Positions 40,004 to 49,371 of a stretch of DNA of 64,000 bases are shown here, piece after piece. The notes beneath the pieces are model-generated. The model did not search any database. It worked only from the letters and a program-made list of their open reading frames with translations, and had not been told where the DNA came from. The translations under genes were made by a program, and so were the position numbers. How positions within the stretch are numbered: the first letter of the stretch is position 1; each line of letters begins with the position of its first letter. Source of the DNA: Rhodospirillales bacterium (GTDB taxonomy: Bacteria; Pseudomonadota; Alphaproteobacteria; Rhodospirillales; UBA2165). The stretch spans positions 68,529 to 132,528 of the forward strand of contig JAJECC010000038.1 in NCBI GenBank assembly GCA_022822205.1, read 5' to 3'.

Positions 40004-41113
40004 GTGACTCACCTGCCAAAGATTCAGACCTGTGTCGTCGCCATGGCCATCGCGCTCGCCTGCACCGGCTCCATCTCGACGACGCTTGCTGCCGACACAC
40101 TTCGCGTCACGGATATGACTGGGCGCGAACTGATGCTCGACGGACCCGCCCAGCGGGTGGTGTCGATCATTGTGCCTACGGCCGCGACCATCGTCGCTAT
40201 CGATGGCTCCCCCGAAAAACTGATCGGGGTGAACCCTATCGCCATGCGCATGTTCCGCAGCGGCATTATCGGCAAGCTGTTTCCCGAGGCCCTCAGTATC
40301 CGCAGCAACATCACCCAGGGCGGTGCGGGAATTTTCGTGCCCAACGTCGAGGAGCTCGTCGCCCTCGATCCGGACATCGTGATCCAGGCTGGTTACGCCG
40401 GTGAACAGGTTGTAAAGCCGTTGGTCAATGCCGGGATCAATACGGCGTTGTACATGTCTGGTGGCGAGGAGCGTATGAGAGCCGCCATCACCATGATTGG
40501 TGCGGTTCTCGGCAAGCCGGAACGGGCGAAAATGCTCAATGACTGGCGGGCTAAAACCATCGCACGCATCAAGTCTGCGGCGCAAAAGATCGCCGACGGT
40601 GAGCGGGTCAAGATTCTCCAGGTTATGGCAACCCCGACCGGTTTCAGAGTTTGGGGCAAACAGACCATCGCCAACGACGCGATCAGGCTCGCCGGCGCGG
40701 TCAATGCCGCCGCTGACGTGCCGCGGTTGAAGCCCGTGAATACCGAGCAGATCGCCAAATGGGCCCCCGACGTGATTTTCATCTTCAACGTCGGCCGCGC
40801 CAACCGCCAGTCCGTCCTGGGCCATACCCTCTTGAGCACGACCCCGGCAGCCCGCAGTGGCCGCGTCTATCGATTGCCGACCGGCAGCATCAACTGGGGT
40901 TCCGCCGGCGTGGACGATCCGCTCTACTTCGCCTATGTCGCCGCGCTGGCCTATCCGCGCATCCACGCGGGCGGCGTCGCGGGCGACATACAGCGTTGGT
41001 ACACCAAAATCTACGGTAAACCAGTCTCGCACGAACAGATCGCCAAGCTGTTGCACGCCAAGGAGAACGGTGCAGCGCCGAACTATGACCTGATCCTCGG
41101 CAGGTCGCGCTAG
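40004..41113 (+). CDS. ABC substrate-binding protein, FhuD/BtuF-type
   Basis: Signal peptide, VTDMTGR..PAQRVV, PNVEELVALDPD, EQIAKWAPDVI; GAGGAG RBS. Confidence 0.88.
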   Translation: MTHLPKIQTCVVAMAIALACTGSISTTLAADTLRVTDMTGRELMLDGPAQRVVSIIVPTAATIVAIDGSPEKLIGVNPIAMRMFRSGIIGKLFPEALSIRSNITQGGAGIFVPNVEELVALDPDIVIQAGYAGEQVVKPLVNAGINTALYMSGGEERMRAAITMIGAVLGKPERAKMLNDWRAKTIARIKSAAQKIADGERVKILQVMATPTGFRVWGKQTIANDAIRLAGAVNAAADVPRLKPVNTEQIAKWAPDVIFIFNVGRANRQSVLGHTLLSTTPAARSGRVYRLPTGSINWGSAGVDDPLYFAYVAALAYPRIHAGGVAGDIQRWYTKIYGKPVSHEQIAKLLHAKENGAAPNYDLILGRSR

Positions 41114-41829
41114 TGAGCGCCGCCGTGATTTCGAAAAGCGAACGTGCCGGCGCGCCGGCCTTCACCGCCGCGTCGGCCGAAGACTACGATGAGCGAATTG
41201 TCCGCCTAGTGCCGGGCTACCCCCTGGCGATTGAACTGATCGCAACGCTGATGGCCACGCTCCTGGACGACGACGCGCATGTCCTGGTCATAGGGACCGG
41301 GACGGGGGCGGACTTTCTTGCCCTCGCCGCGATGGGTCCCCGGTGGCGCTTTATGGCGATCGATCTCTCCGCGCCCATGCTCGACCGGGCAAGGGAAAAG
41401 GCGGAACGCGCCGGCATTGCAGACCGCGTCGAGTTTGCCACCACGACCATGCAGGACTTTCAACCGGGACATGATTTCGATGCCGCGGTCAGTGTGATGG
41501 TCAGCCATTTCACGCCGGACGACGGCCGGCGCCTCGACTTCTACCGGGCGGTATCGCGTTCGCTTCGCGCCGGCGCGCCCTATCTCACCGTCGATACGGC
41601 GGCATCGGCCGACCCCGATACAATCAATGACGCCGTCGAGCGGTGGCTCACCAACCACGACTTTACAGCGGCGGAGGCGGTCACCAGCCGCAAACGGGTC
41701 GCCGCCGGGCATCATGGCATTAGCCCCGAGCGTCTCGCCGCGCTATTCGACGAGGCCGGCTTTGCGCCGCCGCTACCGTTTTTTCGCGCGCTGCGGGTCG
41801 AAGGATTCGTGACGCGCCGGAGGGAGTAA
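41113..41829 (+). CDS. class I SAM-dependent methyltransferase
   Basis: YD..I..LVPGY, VLVIGTGTG, IDLSAPML, FDAAVSVMVSHF. Confidence 0.85.
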   Translation: MSAAVISKSERAGAPAFTAASAEDYDERIVRLVPGYPLAIELIATLMATLLDDDAHVLVIGTGTGADFLALAAMGPRWRFMAIDLSAPMLDRAREKAERAGIADRVEFATTTMQDFQPGHDFDAAVSVMVSHFTPDDGRRLDFYRAVSRSLRAGAPYLTVDTAASADPDTINDAVERWLTNHDFTAAEAVTSRKRVAAGHHGISPERLAALFDEAGFAPPLPFFRALRVEGFVTRRRE

Positions 41830-41830
41830 T

Positions 41831-42862
41831 ATGCGGAACCGGGCGGTCGCACCGCCGCGTTACCTGTGGCCGGTCCTGTGTACGGCGTTGGCGATCACCA
41901 TGGTCGGCGCCGTTGGTATTGGGCGATACGCGGTACCGTTCGACCGTGTGGTCGCCATCCTGGCCGAGAATATCCTTCCCATCACCGCATCGTGGAGCGC
42001 CACCGAGGCGACGGTGGTGGAAATCGTTCGCGGCCCCCGCATCCTTATCGCGGTTCTGGTCGGTGCCGGGCTCTCCGTCGCCGGCGCGGCGCTTCAGGGA
42101 ACCTTTCGAAATCCGCTCGTCGGGCCGCAGATCATCGGCGTCTCGTCCGGCGCGTCATTCGGCGGCGCGCTCGCCCTGCTGCTCACCGACAGCAATCTTG
42201 CCCTGACCCTTCTCGCGTTCATCTTCGGATTGGTGGCGATGGTCATCGTCTTCGTCATGAGCCGGGTGGCCGGGCGGTCGCCGATATTAATGCTGGTCTT
42301 GTCGGGAATAATCACCGGTGCCTTCTTCACCGCCCTGGTTTCGCTGATCAAATTCGTCGCCGATCCGGAAGACCGTCTGCCGGCCATCGTCTTCTGGCTA
42401 ATGGGCAGTTTCGCCGCCGCCAGCTACGAAAAGCTGCTGTGGCTGGCGGTGCCGGTGGCAGGCGGGATGCTGGTCCTCTACCTCATGCGTTGGCACATCA
42501 ATGTCCTGTCCTTGGGCGACGAGGAAGCGACGGCTATGGGTCTCGAGGTCAATCGCACCCGCTGGATCGTGATCCTGTGCGTGGCCGCCATTACATCCGC
42601 GGTGGTGGCTGCCGCCGGGGTCGTTGGATGGGTCGGGCTGGTCATTCCTCACCTTGCCCGCATGATTGTTGGACCGGATCACAAGGTTCTGCTGCCCGCT
42701 GCCGCACTTTTCGGGGCCATCTACTTGTTGTTCATCGATGGGTTGGCGCGGAGCATGACATCTACGGAAATTCCGCTTGGTATTTTGACGGCAATCGTTG
42801 GCGCGCCGTTTTTCGCCTGGCTTCTCCGGCGCACCCATGCCGCGGGGTGGGGCCGTGATTAG
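41831..42862 (+). CDS. FecCD-family ABC permease (MolB/HI1471-like)
   Basis: GIGRY, FRNPLVGPQIIGVSSG, LPAIVFWLMGSF, WVGLVIPHLAR, EIPLGILT. Confidence 0.92.
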   Translation: MRNRAVAPPRYLWPVLCTALAITMVGAVGIGRYAVPFDRVVAILAENILPITASWSATEATVVEIVRGPRILIAVLVGAGLSVAGAALQGTFRNPLVGPQIIGVSSGASFGGALALLLTDSNLALTLLAFIFGLVAMVIVFVMSRVAGRSPILMLVLSGIITGAFFTALVSLIKFVADPEDRLPAIVFWLMGSFAAASYEKLLWLAVPVAGGMLVLYLMRWHINVLSLGDEEATAMGLEVNRTRWIVILCVAAITSAVVAAAGVVGWVGLVIPHLARMIVGPDHKVLLPAAALFGAIYLLFIDGLARSMTSTEIPLGILTAIVGAPFFAWLLRRTHAAGWGRD

Positions 42863-43598
42863 CCTCGCGGAAGGCGGATTTGGCTATTTGCCGGAGAGTT
42901 GGGTCTTTCGGTCCCATAGCCTTGAGGTCACGACGGGGCGTATCGCCGCTATCCTGGGACCCAATGGCCGCGGCAAGACGACCCTCCTCAAGTGCCTGCT
43001 CGGTCTTCTGCGCCTGCGAGAAGGAAAAGTACAAATTGACGGTCATGCGGGCTATGTCCCGCAATCGACGGGGGCCGCGTTTCCCTACAGCGTCCGAGAT
43101 ATGGTCATGATGGGCCGGGCACGGCAAATCGGATTGTTCGAGTCCCCGAAGGCCGATGACCAGGATGCCTGCCAGCGGGCGCTCGCAACCCTCGACCTTG
43201 AGAATTTCGCCGACCGGAGCTTTGATGGCTTGAGCGGCGGCGAACGGCAGTTGGTTTTAGTCGCCCGCGCCCTGGCTTCGGAGTGCCGGACTCTGGTACT
43301 CGACGAGCCCGCCGCGGCGCTGGATTACAACAACCAGGAGGTGGTCCTCAAAACGCTCCGGCGGCTGGCCCGCGATCAGGGCCTGGCGGTCGTCTTCACC
43401 ACCCATTCGCCCCAGCACGCGCTGCACGTCGCCGATCAGGTGTTTCTGATGTATGGCCCCGAGGATTATATTTGCGGCCCGACGCCGGAGGTGATGACCG
43501 AGGACAACCTCTCGCGTCTGTACGGGCTGCCGATCCGCGCCGCCGTGGTATCAGAGGACGGTCGCGACGCCCGAACAATGGTGCCGGTGTTCGGCTAG
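42855..43598 (+). CDS. ABC ATP-binding protein (MolC/FepC-like)
   Basis: GPNGRGKTT, LSGGERQ, ARALASEC, LDEP, FTTH. Confidence 0.92.
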   Translation: MISLAEGGFGYLPESWVFRSHSLEVTTGRIAAILGPNGRGKTTLLKCLLGLLRLREGKVQIDGHAGYVPQSTGAAFPYSVRDMVMMGRARQIGLFESPKADDQDACQRALATLDLENFADRSFDGLSGGERQLVLVARALASECRTLVLDEPAAALDYNNQEVVLKTLRRLARDQGLAVVFTTHSPQHALHVADQVFLMYGPEDYICGPTPEVMTEDNLSRLYGLPIRAAVVSEDGRDARTMVPVFG

Positions 43599-43664
43599 GG
43601 GGTGGTCGAGATGAAACTGATCATCCTTGCCCGACCAGCCTTCGGCGACGCGCCGGCGCTTTTT

Positions 43665-43688
43665 GTCCGCTCCCGGCCTACGGCAGAC
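43665..43688 (+). repeat. junction palindrome, copy 1
   Basis: gtccgct-cccggcctacg-gcagac (7-11-6 geometry). Confidence 0.5.
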
Positions 43689-43724
43689 CCTATCCAAGGG
43701 CCTTACCGTCGCGCCGGAAGCGAT

Positions 43725-44609
43725 CTAATGGGGCTGTCTGTTCATGATCACGATTGATCCCACGACCAACACCAGACCGATGACGGCCTGAATACTGATG
43801 GCCTCGCCGAGAATTGGCCAAGCGAAAATGAAGGCCGAGATGGGCGCCAGCGTCAACGAGATGCCGGCCGTCGCCGGGGAAATCCGCCCCAACGCCCAGA
43901 TATAGGCGGCAAATTGAACGGCGGCGCCGACCACGCCCAGGAACACCAGTATCCACCAATCAAACACCGAGAACGAGGGCATCCGGACCGGTTCTCCGGC
44001 TGCCTGTGACACGACCAGGAGCGAGAGCACCCCGACCAGCATGACGATCGAGGTAAAGTACACGCCGCCGTATTTCATGATGTACGGCTTGGCGTAGATG
44101 CTGTAGATCGAAACCGTCAAGGCGGCCAACAGCATCAGGCTGTCGCCGATCAAAATGCCCCTGCCGGTACCGCTGTCGAAGAGTGAATCGCTGACCGCCA
44201 CCCCGACACCCAGGAACGCCATTACGACACAGGTCATCTTCAGACCGGTCATGCTTTCCCGGCCGAGGAACCATGCCACGACGAGGGTGATGATCGGCGA
44301 GGTGGCGAGGCCTACGGCGCCATGGGCCGCCGTGGTGTAGGTGAGGGACGCATTGAACAGGTACGTGAACAGGCCAAACAACAGGGCGCCCAAGAGAATT
44401 ATCCTCGGCCAATCGGCGAGCGCGATTGGAGCCCGCCTGAATCCGACGATCAGAAACGGCGTCAGACAGAGGGCGCCGATCCCGAAACGAATGACCGCCA
44501 TCGATTGCGGGTCGGTGTCCGGAATGACGAACCGGGTCGCGACAATGGAGAACCCGGCGCTCAGCGACGAAAATGCGGCCAGGAACTTGGCCAGAAGTAC
44601 ATAGTTCAT
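43725..44609 (-). CDS. DMT/EamA family transporter
   Basis: About 10 hydrophobic segments in two EamA repeats; FLGRE, GDSLML, ILGE. Confidence 0.9.
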   Translation of the reverse strand: MNYVLLAKFLAAFSSLSAGFSIVATRFVIPDTDPQSMAVIRFGIGALCLTPFLIVGFRRAPIALADWPRIILLGALLFGLFTYLFNASLTYTTAAHGAVGLATSPIITLVVAWFLGRESMTGLKMTCVVMAFLGVGVAVSDSLFDSGTGRGILIGDSLMLLAALTVSIYSIYAKPYIMKYGGVYFTSIVMLVGVLSLLVVSQAAGEPVRMPSFSVFDWWILVFLGVVGAAVQFAAYIWALGRISPATAGISLTLAPISAFIFAWPILGEAISIQAVIGLVLVVGSIVIMNRQPH

Positions 44610-44730
44610 TGGAGCAGCAACCTGCCTTTTGGACCTTGGGACATTTCGTGGAGACGCGAGGGCAATCTCATATCTTAATTGGGCCTTGATTGGGCCTTAC
44701 CTGGGTGCGGTGAAAACCGCCCTTGACGGT

Positions 44731-44756
44731 GCCCGCTATCGGCACAAAGCGGCCAT
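44731..44756 (+). repeat. junction palindrome, copy 2
   Basis: gcccgct-atcggcacaaa-gcggccat. Confidence 0.55.
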
Positions 44757-44838
44757 CCGTACCATGGGCGCGATCCGCCTGCGTGGAAAGACCCTTGGTG
44801 CGGTTGACTAGCTCCGGTCCAACCTGCACCGTCCCCCA

Positions 44839-46062
44839 ATGACGGACGGCAAACCGGAAATTCTTGTGGTCGGGGGCGGCATCGGCGGTTTGACCTTGGC
44901 TCTCGCACTCCATGCGCGGGGATTGCCGAGCCGGATCTACGAGGCCGCGGAGGAATTCAAACCGCTTGGTGTCGGTATCAACATGCTGCCGCACGCAGTC
45001 GGCGTCCTGGCAGGCCTCGGGCTCGAACATCAATTGATGGCCCACGGCGTGGAAGCCCGCGAGTTCAGTTTTTTCAATCGCCATGGCCAGTTCATCTTTT
45101 CCGAACCCTGCGGCCGTTTCGCGGGCTACGGCGACCGCCATTTTTCAATTCACCGCGGCGATCTTCACGAGGTGCTTTACGACGCCGTCACGGAACGTCT
45201 TGGGCAGGATGCCGTTCATATGGGACATCGCTGCACCGGCATCGGCCAGAACGATGCGGGTGTCACGCTGAAATTCGACAACGCGCCGCCCCGCTCGGGC
45301 GCCGTCGCCATCGGCGCCGACGGTTTTCATTCCGCGGTCAGACGGCAGTTCTATCCCGATGAAGGCATGCAGTTCGGCGGCATAAACATGTGGCGGGGAG
45401 TCACCCGGCGGGCTCCGTTCCTGAGCTGTGCGAGCGTCACCCGCGTGGGTACGGTCGGGAACGGCAAAATGACGATCTACCCGATCCGGCAATTCGACGA
45501 CGGCACACAACTGGTCAATTGGGTGGTTGAACAGCGACGCGACGAATTCGGGCCCAATGACTGGGCGACACCGGGACGCGTTCAGGATTTTATCGGTCCG
45601 CACGCGGATTGGAATTTCAACTGGCTGGACATTCCGGAGATGATCGGCGACGCCGAGTATATTTTCGAGTATCCGATGGTGGACCGCGAGCCCGTGGATC
45701 GCTGGACCTTTGGCCGCGTAACGTTATTGGGCGACGCCGCGCACCCGATGTACCCGCGCGGCGGCAATGGCGGCGCACAGGCCATCCTGGATGCGGAAAC
45801 CCTCGCGGCGCTGCTCGATCGGTTCGACGATCCGCTCGCTGCGCTGCGGAACTATGAAATCGAGCGCCTCGAAGTCGCCAACAGGATCGTACTCACCAAC
45901 CGGGAACAGCCGCCGGACTACATTATCGAAACCGTGGAAGCTTTGACCCGCGGCGAGCCGTTCGACCGTATCGAGGACGTGATCGATCCCGCCGAACTGG
46001 CGGCAATCTCAAATCGCTATAAGGAAATCGCCGGATATGGTCTTGCCGCCGACAAACTATGA
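44839..46062 (+). CDS. FAD-dependent monooxygenase (group A, PhzS-like)
   Basis: GGGIGG, LGVGINMLP, GADG, LLGDAAHPMYP. Confidence 0.9.
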   Translation: MTDGKPEILVVGGGIGGLTLALALHARGLPSRIYEAAEEFKPLGVGINMLPHAVGVLAGLGLEHQLMAHGVEAREFSFFNRHGQFIFSEPCGRFAGYGDRHFSIHRGDLHEVLYDAVTERLGQDAVHMGHRCTGIGQNDAGVTLKFDNAPPRSGAVAIGADGFHSAVRRQFYPDEGMQFGGINMWRGVTRRAPFLSCASVTRVGTVGNGKMTIYPIRQFDDGTQLVNWVVEQRRDEFGPNDWATPGRVQDFIGPHADWNFNWLDIPEMIGDAEYIFEYPMVDREPVDRWTFGRVTLLGDAAHPMYPRGGNGGAQAILDAETLAALLDRFDDPLAALRNYEIERLEVANRIVLTNREQPPDYIIETVEALTRGEPFDRIEDVIDPAELAAISNRYKEIAGYGLAADKL

Positions 46063-46110
46063 CTCGGCTATGGGCTGAAAGGGGTCAAACGACGCCGACG
46101 CAGGCGGCGA

Positions 46111-46506
46111 TTATCGATACCGCCCGTGGGTCTGAAGCACTTCGATCTTGTAGCCGTCGGGATCCTGCACGAAGAAAAATTTCGCCATGAGCGATCCGTC
46201 CCGGTGGAACTCCTTGACATCCGTCGGCTCGAATCCGAGGCTTTTGAAACGGGCATGCTCCTCGTCGACGTCTTCCACGGCGACCCCCAGATGCCCGTAT
46301 CCCGACCCATGTGAATAGGGTTCGGACCGCCCATGATTCACCGTAAACTCAACCTCGAAATCGGCCTCGGAATTCCGCAGGTAGACAAGCGTGAAATCGT
46401 CGAACTCGAAACGGTCGGCGATATCGAGGCCGAAAGCCTTTTTGTAGAATTCGAGCGATCGTTTTTCTTCCATCACCCGGATCATTGAATGGATCACCTT
46501 GGCCAT
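46111..46506 (-). CDS. VOC family protein, glyoxalase I-like
   Basis: IHSMIRV, GYGHLG, FFVQDPDGYKIEV. Confidence 0.88.
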   Translation of the reverse strand: MAKVIHSMIRVMEEKRSLEFYKKAFGLDIADRFEFDDFTLVYLRNSEADFEVEFTVNHGRSEPYSHGSGYGHLGVAVEDVDEEHARFKSLGFEPTDVKEFHRDGSLMAKFFFVQDPDGYKIEVLQTHGRYR

Positions 46507-46570
46507 GATTCGTTCGTCCCCTGTTTCGATTGCGGCTTGGCCGGCGTCCTAATCCCGTCGGCCCACGCGC

Positions 46571-47185
46571 TCAAACCGGCGGCGCCGTCTTGCGGAACGC
46601 CTCCAATTCGCCGAGTTCCCGGCTCAGCGCCTCAAGCTTCGGGGTTTCGAAGGTCGCGAACAGCTCCGGGGTGGCGATGCGCGCGAACTCATAGGCCGAT
46701 GCGGCGGTCAGGTCCGCCTGGGTAAGCCGGGGGCCGCCCAGCCAGGGTGAGCCGGCCTCGCCGTCCAGCCACTGGAAGCCGCTGCGGCTCTGCTCCGAGA
46801 TCATCTCGACCCATGGTGAATGCCGCAATTCCTCGGGGCGATAGCGTTCCTCGTATGCAACCAGAATGGCTTTCTCGACCGCACCCGTGGCCACGGCCAT
46901 GAGTTTCAGAACCCGCCTGCGTTCGCCTCCGGACGCCGGCGTAAGCGCCCGCTCCGGGCCGGCCTGCTCATCCAGATAGTCGAGGATGGCGCCGCTGTCG
47001 ATCAGGGTCTCGCCGTCGTCCAGGATCAGCGCGGGAACCCGGCTCAGGGGATTGGCGTCGCGAATTTTCTGCCGATCCTCCCCCACGACGGAAAACGGCC
47101 GGTGCTCGAAGGGCAGTTCATAGAGATGCATCGTCGCGGCCACGCGACGGACGAAGGGCGAGAGATAGCGGCCAATTAGGATCAT
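46571..47185 (-). CDS. glutathione S-transferase family protein
   Basis: SPFVRRV, NPLSRVPAL, DSGAILDYL, TQAD. Confidence 0.9.
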   Translation of the reverse strand: MILIGRYLSPFVRRVAATMHLYELPFEHRPFSVVGEDRQKIRDANPLSRVPALILDDGETLIDSGAILDYLDEQAGPERALTPASGGERRRVLKLMAVATGAVEKAILVAYEERYRPEELRHSPWVEMISEQSRSGFQWLDGEAGSPWLGGPRLTQADLTAASAYEFARIATPELFATFETPKLEALSRELGELEAFRKTAPPV

Positions 47186-47279
47186 CTTTCAAGGCTCCTG
47201 TATGGGACGGCAAAGCGGCGGCATGGCGCCATGCGGGCGGCAATACCGGGAATCGGACAAGGCGGCCGGCCGGACCGCC

Positions 47280-48782
47280 CTATCCGGGAGGACCGAGATC
47301 GGGGCCCAGATCCTCGGGCGGCGGGTCGAGCACCGAGGGTGCGGCCTCCCAACACTCTCCAAAACTCATTGCGTCGAAGGCCAAACACGGCAGCTGCGTC
47401 GCGATCACCGGAAACGCCACGAGGATGGCGAGGCAAACTCCCATGGCGAACCAGAACGGCCAAATGCCCGCAAAAATCGTCGTCATCGGGACATGGGGCG
47501 CAATGCCCTTCACGATGAATACGTTCACGCCGACCGGGGGCGAGATCAGACCCATCTCCAGCACGATCACGATGATCACGCCAAACCAGATCAGCCCCAT
47601 GCCGAGTTCCTGGATCAGCGGGAATACGATCGGAAGGGTGAGAACCAGCATCGCCAGACCTTCGAGGAAGGTTCCGAGGGCAACGTAGGTAAGCAGGATA
47701 ATGATAATGATGCCGATCTTGCCGACGTCGAGGCCGGTCAGGAAGCCGACGATGATTTCCGGCACGCCCGAAAGCGCCATGAACGGAATGAAGACATGCG
47801 CTCCGATCAGGATCATGAAAACCGTGGCGGTGGTGCGCAGCGTATGGAGGATGGTCTGGCGCAATTTCAAGCTGTCGATGGCCGCGCGCAGCACATAGGC
47901 CGGCGATGGGGTATCGACGCTGGCGGCCGCGCCGACGGCGGCCGGCATGGGCGCTTGAACCGCGTTTATCGCCCCTTTGGCCAGCGCAACCAGGAAAGTG
48001 ATGAAGGCGCCGATCCCTGCCGCTTCAACCGGCGTGAACAGACCGGCGTAGATTCCGCCGATGGTAATGATGACGATGCCGATGAGGGCGAAGGCCCCAT
48101 AGAGGGAGACGAATCGCTCATGCCAGGACGACTTGGCGCCTGCCGGGCCGGCGGCCGGGTTCAGCCGGGTGACGATTGCGATCGCGATAAGAAACAGCCC
48201 CGTCAGCAATATGCCCGGGAGCACGCCGGCAACGAACAGTTCGCCGATGGATGTCTCCGTCAGAATGGCGTAAATGATCATCCCGGTTGACGGAGGGATC
48301 AGGATCCCCAACGTTCCGCCGGCGGCGACGCTGCCCGTCGCCAGGCTCGGGCTGTATTTGTAGCGCTCCATCTCCGGCAGGGCCACACGGCCCATGGTAA
48401 CCGCACCGGCAACCGATGACCCGCTCACCGCGGCAAATCCGGCGCACCCCAATATGGTGGCCGATGCAAGGCCGCCCCGAAAATGTCCGAACCATGCATA
48501 GGCGGCGCGATAGAGGTCGCGGCTCATGCCCGATATGCCGGCCAAATTACCCATCAAGATGAACATCGGGACAATCGACAGCGTTTGAAATGTCGCGATG
48601 TCGAATGTCTCCGTACTGAGGTAGATGAAAGCCCGATGGGGCCCCTCGATGGCCCAGGCGCCGAGGAATCCGACCACCATCATCGATAAGGCCACGGGCA
48701 TGCGCAGGAACAGCAGCGCGAACATGGCGATCAGGCCGATGAAGCCGATATGGGCGTCAGATAGTTCCATCCACATCTCCAC
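47280..48782 (-). CDS. TRAP transporter large permease (DctM)
   Basis: VPMFILMG, SGSSVA, GGTLGILIPPS, GLISPPVGVN. Confidence 0.93.
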   Translation of the reverse strand: MEMWMELSDAHIGFIGLIAMFALLFLRMPVALSMMVVGFLGAWAIEGPHRAFIYLSTETFDIATFQTLSIVPMFILMGNLAGISGMSRDLYRAAYAWFGHFRGGLASATILGCAGFAAVSGSSVAGAVTMGRVALPEMERYKYSPSLATGSVAAGGTLGILIPPSTGMIIYAILTETSIGELFVAGVLPGILLTGLFLIAIAIVTRLNPAAGPAGAKSSWHERFVSLYGAFALIGIVIITIGGIYAGLFTPVEAAGIGAFITFLVALAKGAINAVQAPMPAAVGAAASVDTPSPAYVLRAAIDSLKLRQTILHTLRTTATVFMILIGAHVFIPFMALSGVPEIIVGFLTGLDVGKIGIIIIILLTYVALGTFLEGLAMLVLTLPIVFPLIQELGMGLIWFGVIIVIVLEMGLISPPVGVNVFIVKGIAPHVPMTTIFAGIWPFWFAMGVCLAILVAFPVIATQLPCLAFDAMSFGECWEAAPSVLDPPPEDLGPDLGPPG

Positions 48783-49338
48783 CGAATAGCCGGGCTTGCT
48801 CTTGTCCGATATCCTTATCCTGCATCAGCCTCACCGCCTCCAGAAGAAGGACAACGGCGTAAAGCCCCAGGCCGAATGCGAGGACGTACATGAACGGTTC
48901 AAAGGATATGTCGATGGTGCCCGTGAACTCGCCGTTCTCTTCGGCCTTTGGTCCGTCGAGCGCTATTTGACAGGCAAGGGCCGCGATCATCAAAAATCCG
49001 ACGAGACGGACGAATATCTCCACCATTCGAAGCTTTGTCTTGCTCACCATGCCGTCGATGAGTTCGACGGCTATCTGCCCCCCGGTTCGTCCGCTGTAGG
49101 CGACCGTCAAGGCAACCACGAGGACCAATATGATCTGCCCCATGTCCACGAAGCCATGGATCGGATCGCTGAAGACATAGCGGCGCACGACATGCGTAAA
49201 TGTGAGGACGACCATGGCGGCGAGAAGGACCCCGCCGAGCCAAAGCGCCACGACTCTCAAGAATTTATCGAAATTCCCCAGGAAACCGGGGTCTTCCTGT
49301 TCGGCGGAATTGTCGCCCGCGGGAGCGTCGTGGCTCAT
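48757..49338 (-). CDS. TRAP transporter small permease (DctQ)
   Basis: Four TM segments, RYVF..PI.G; lies between the SBP and DctM genes. Confidence 0.85.
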   Translation of the reverse strand: MSHDAPAGDNSAEQEDPGFLGNFDKFLRVVALWLGGVLLAAMVVLTFTHVVRRYVFSDPIHGFVDMGQIILVLVVALTVAYSGRTGGQIAVELIDGMVSKTKLRMVEIFVRLVGFLMIAALACQIALDGPKAEENGEFTGTIDISFEPFMYVLAFGLGLYAVVLLLEAVRLMQDKDIGQEQARLFGGDVDGTI

Positions 49339-49371
49339 GATATTCGAAGCTCCCGCAGGCTCCTGACCGCT

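Noticed and set aside
39794-41056. 420-aa minus-strand ORF over the SBP gene and Zur box
   Set aside because: Antisense shadow; the plus-strand SBP has an RBS, a signal peptide and family motifs.
46070-46094. atgggctgaaaggggtcaaacgacg as a further junction site
   Set aside because: Lies at a block junction but the arms do not match the consensus or pair with each other.
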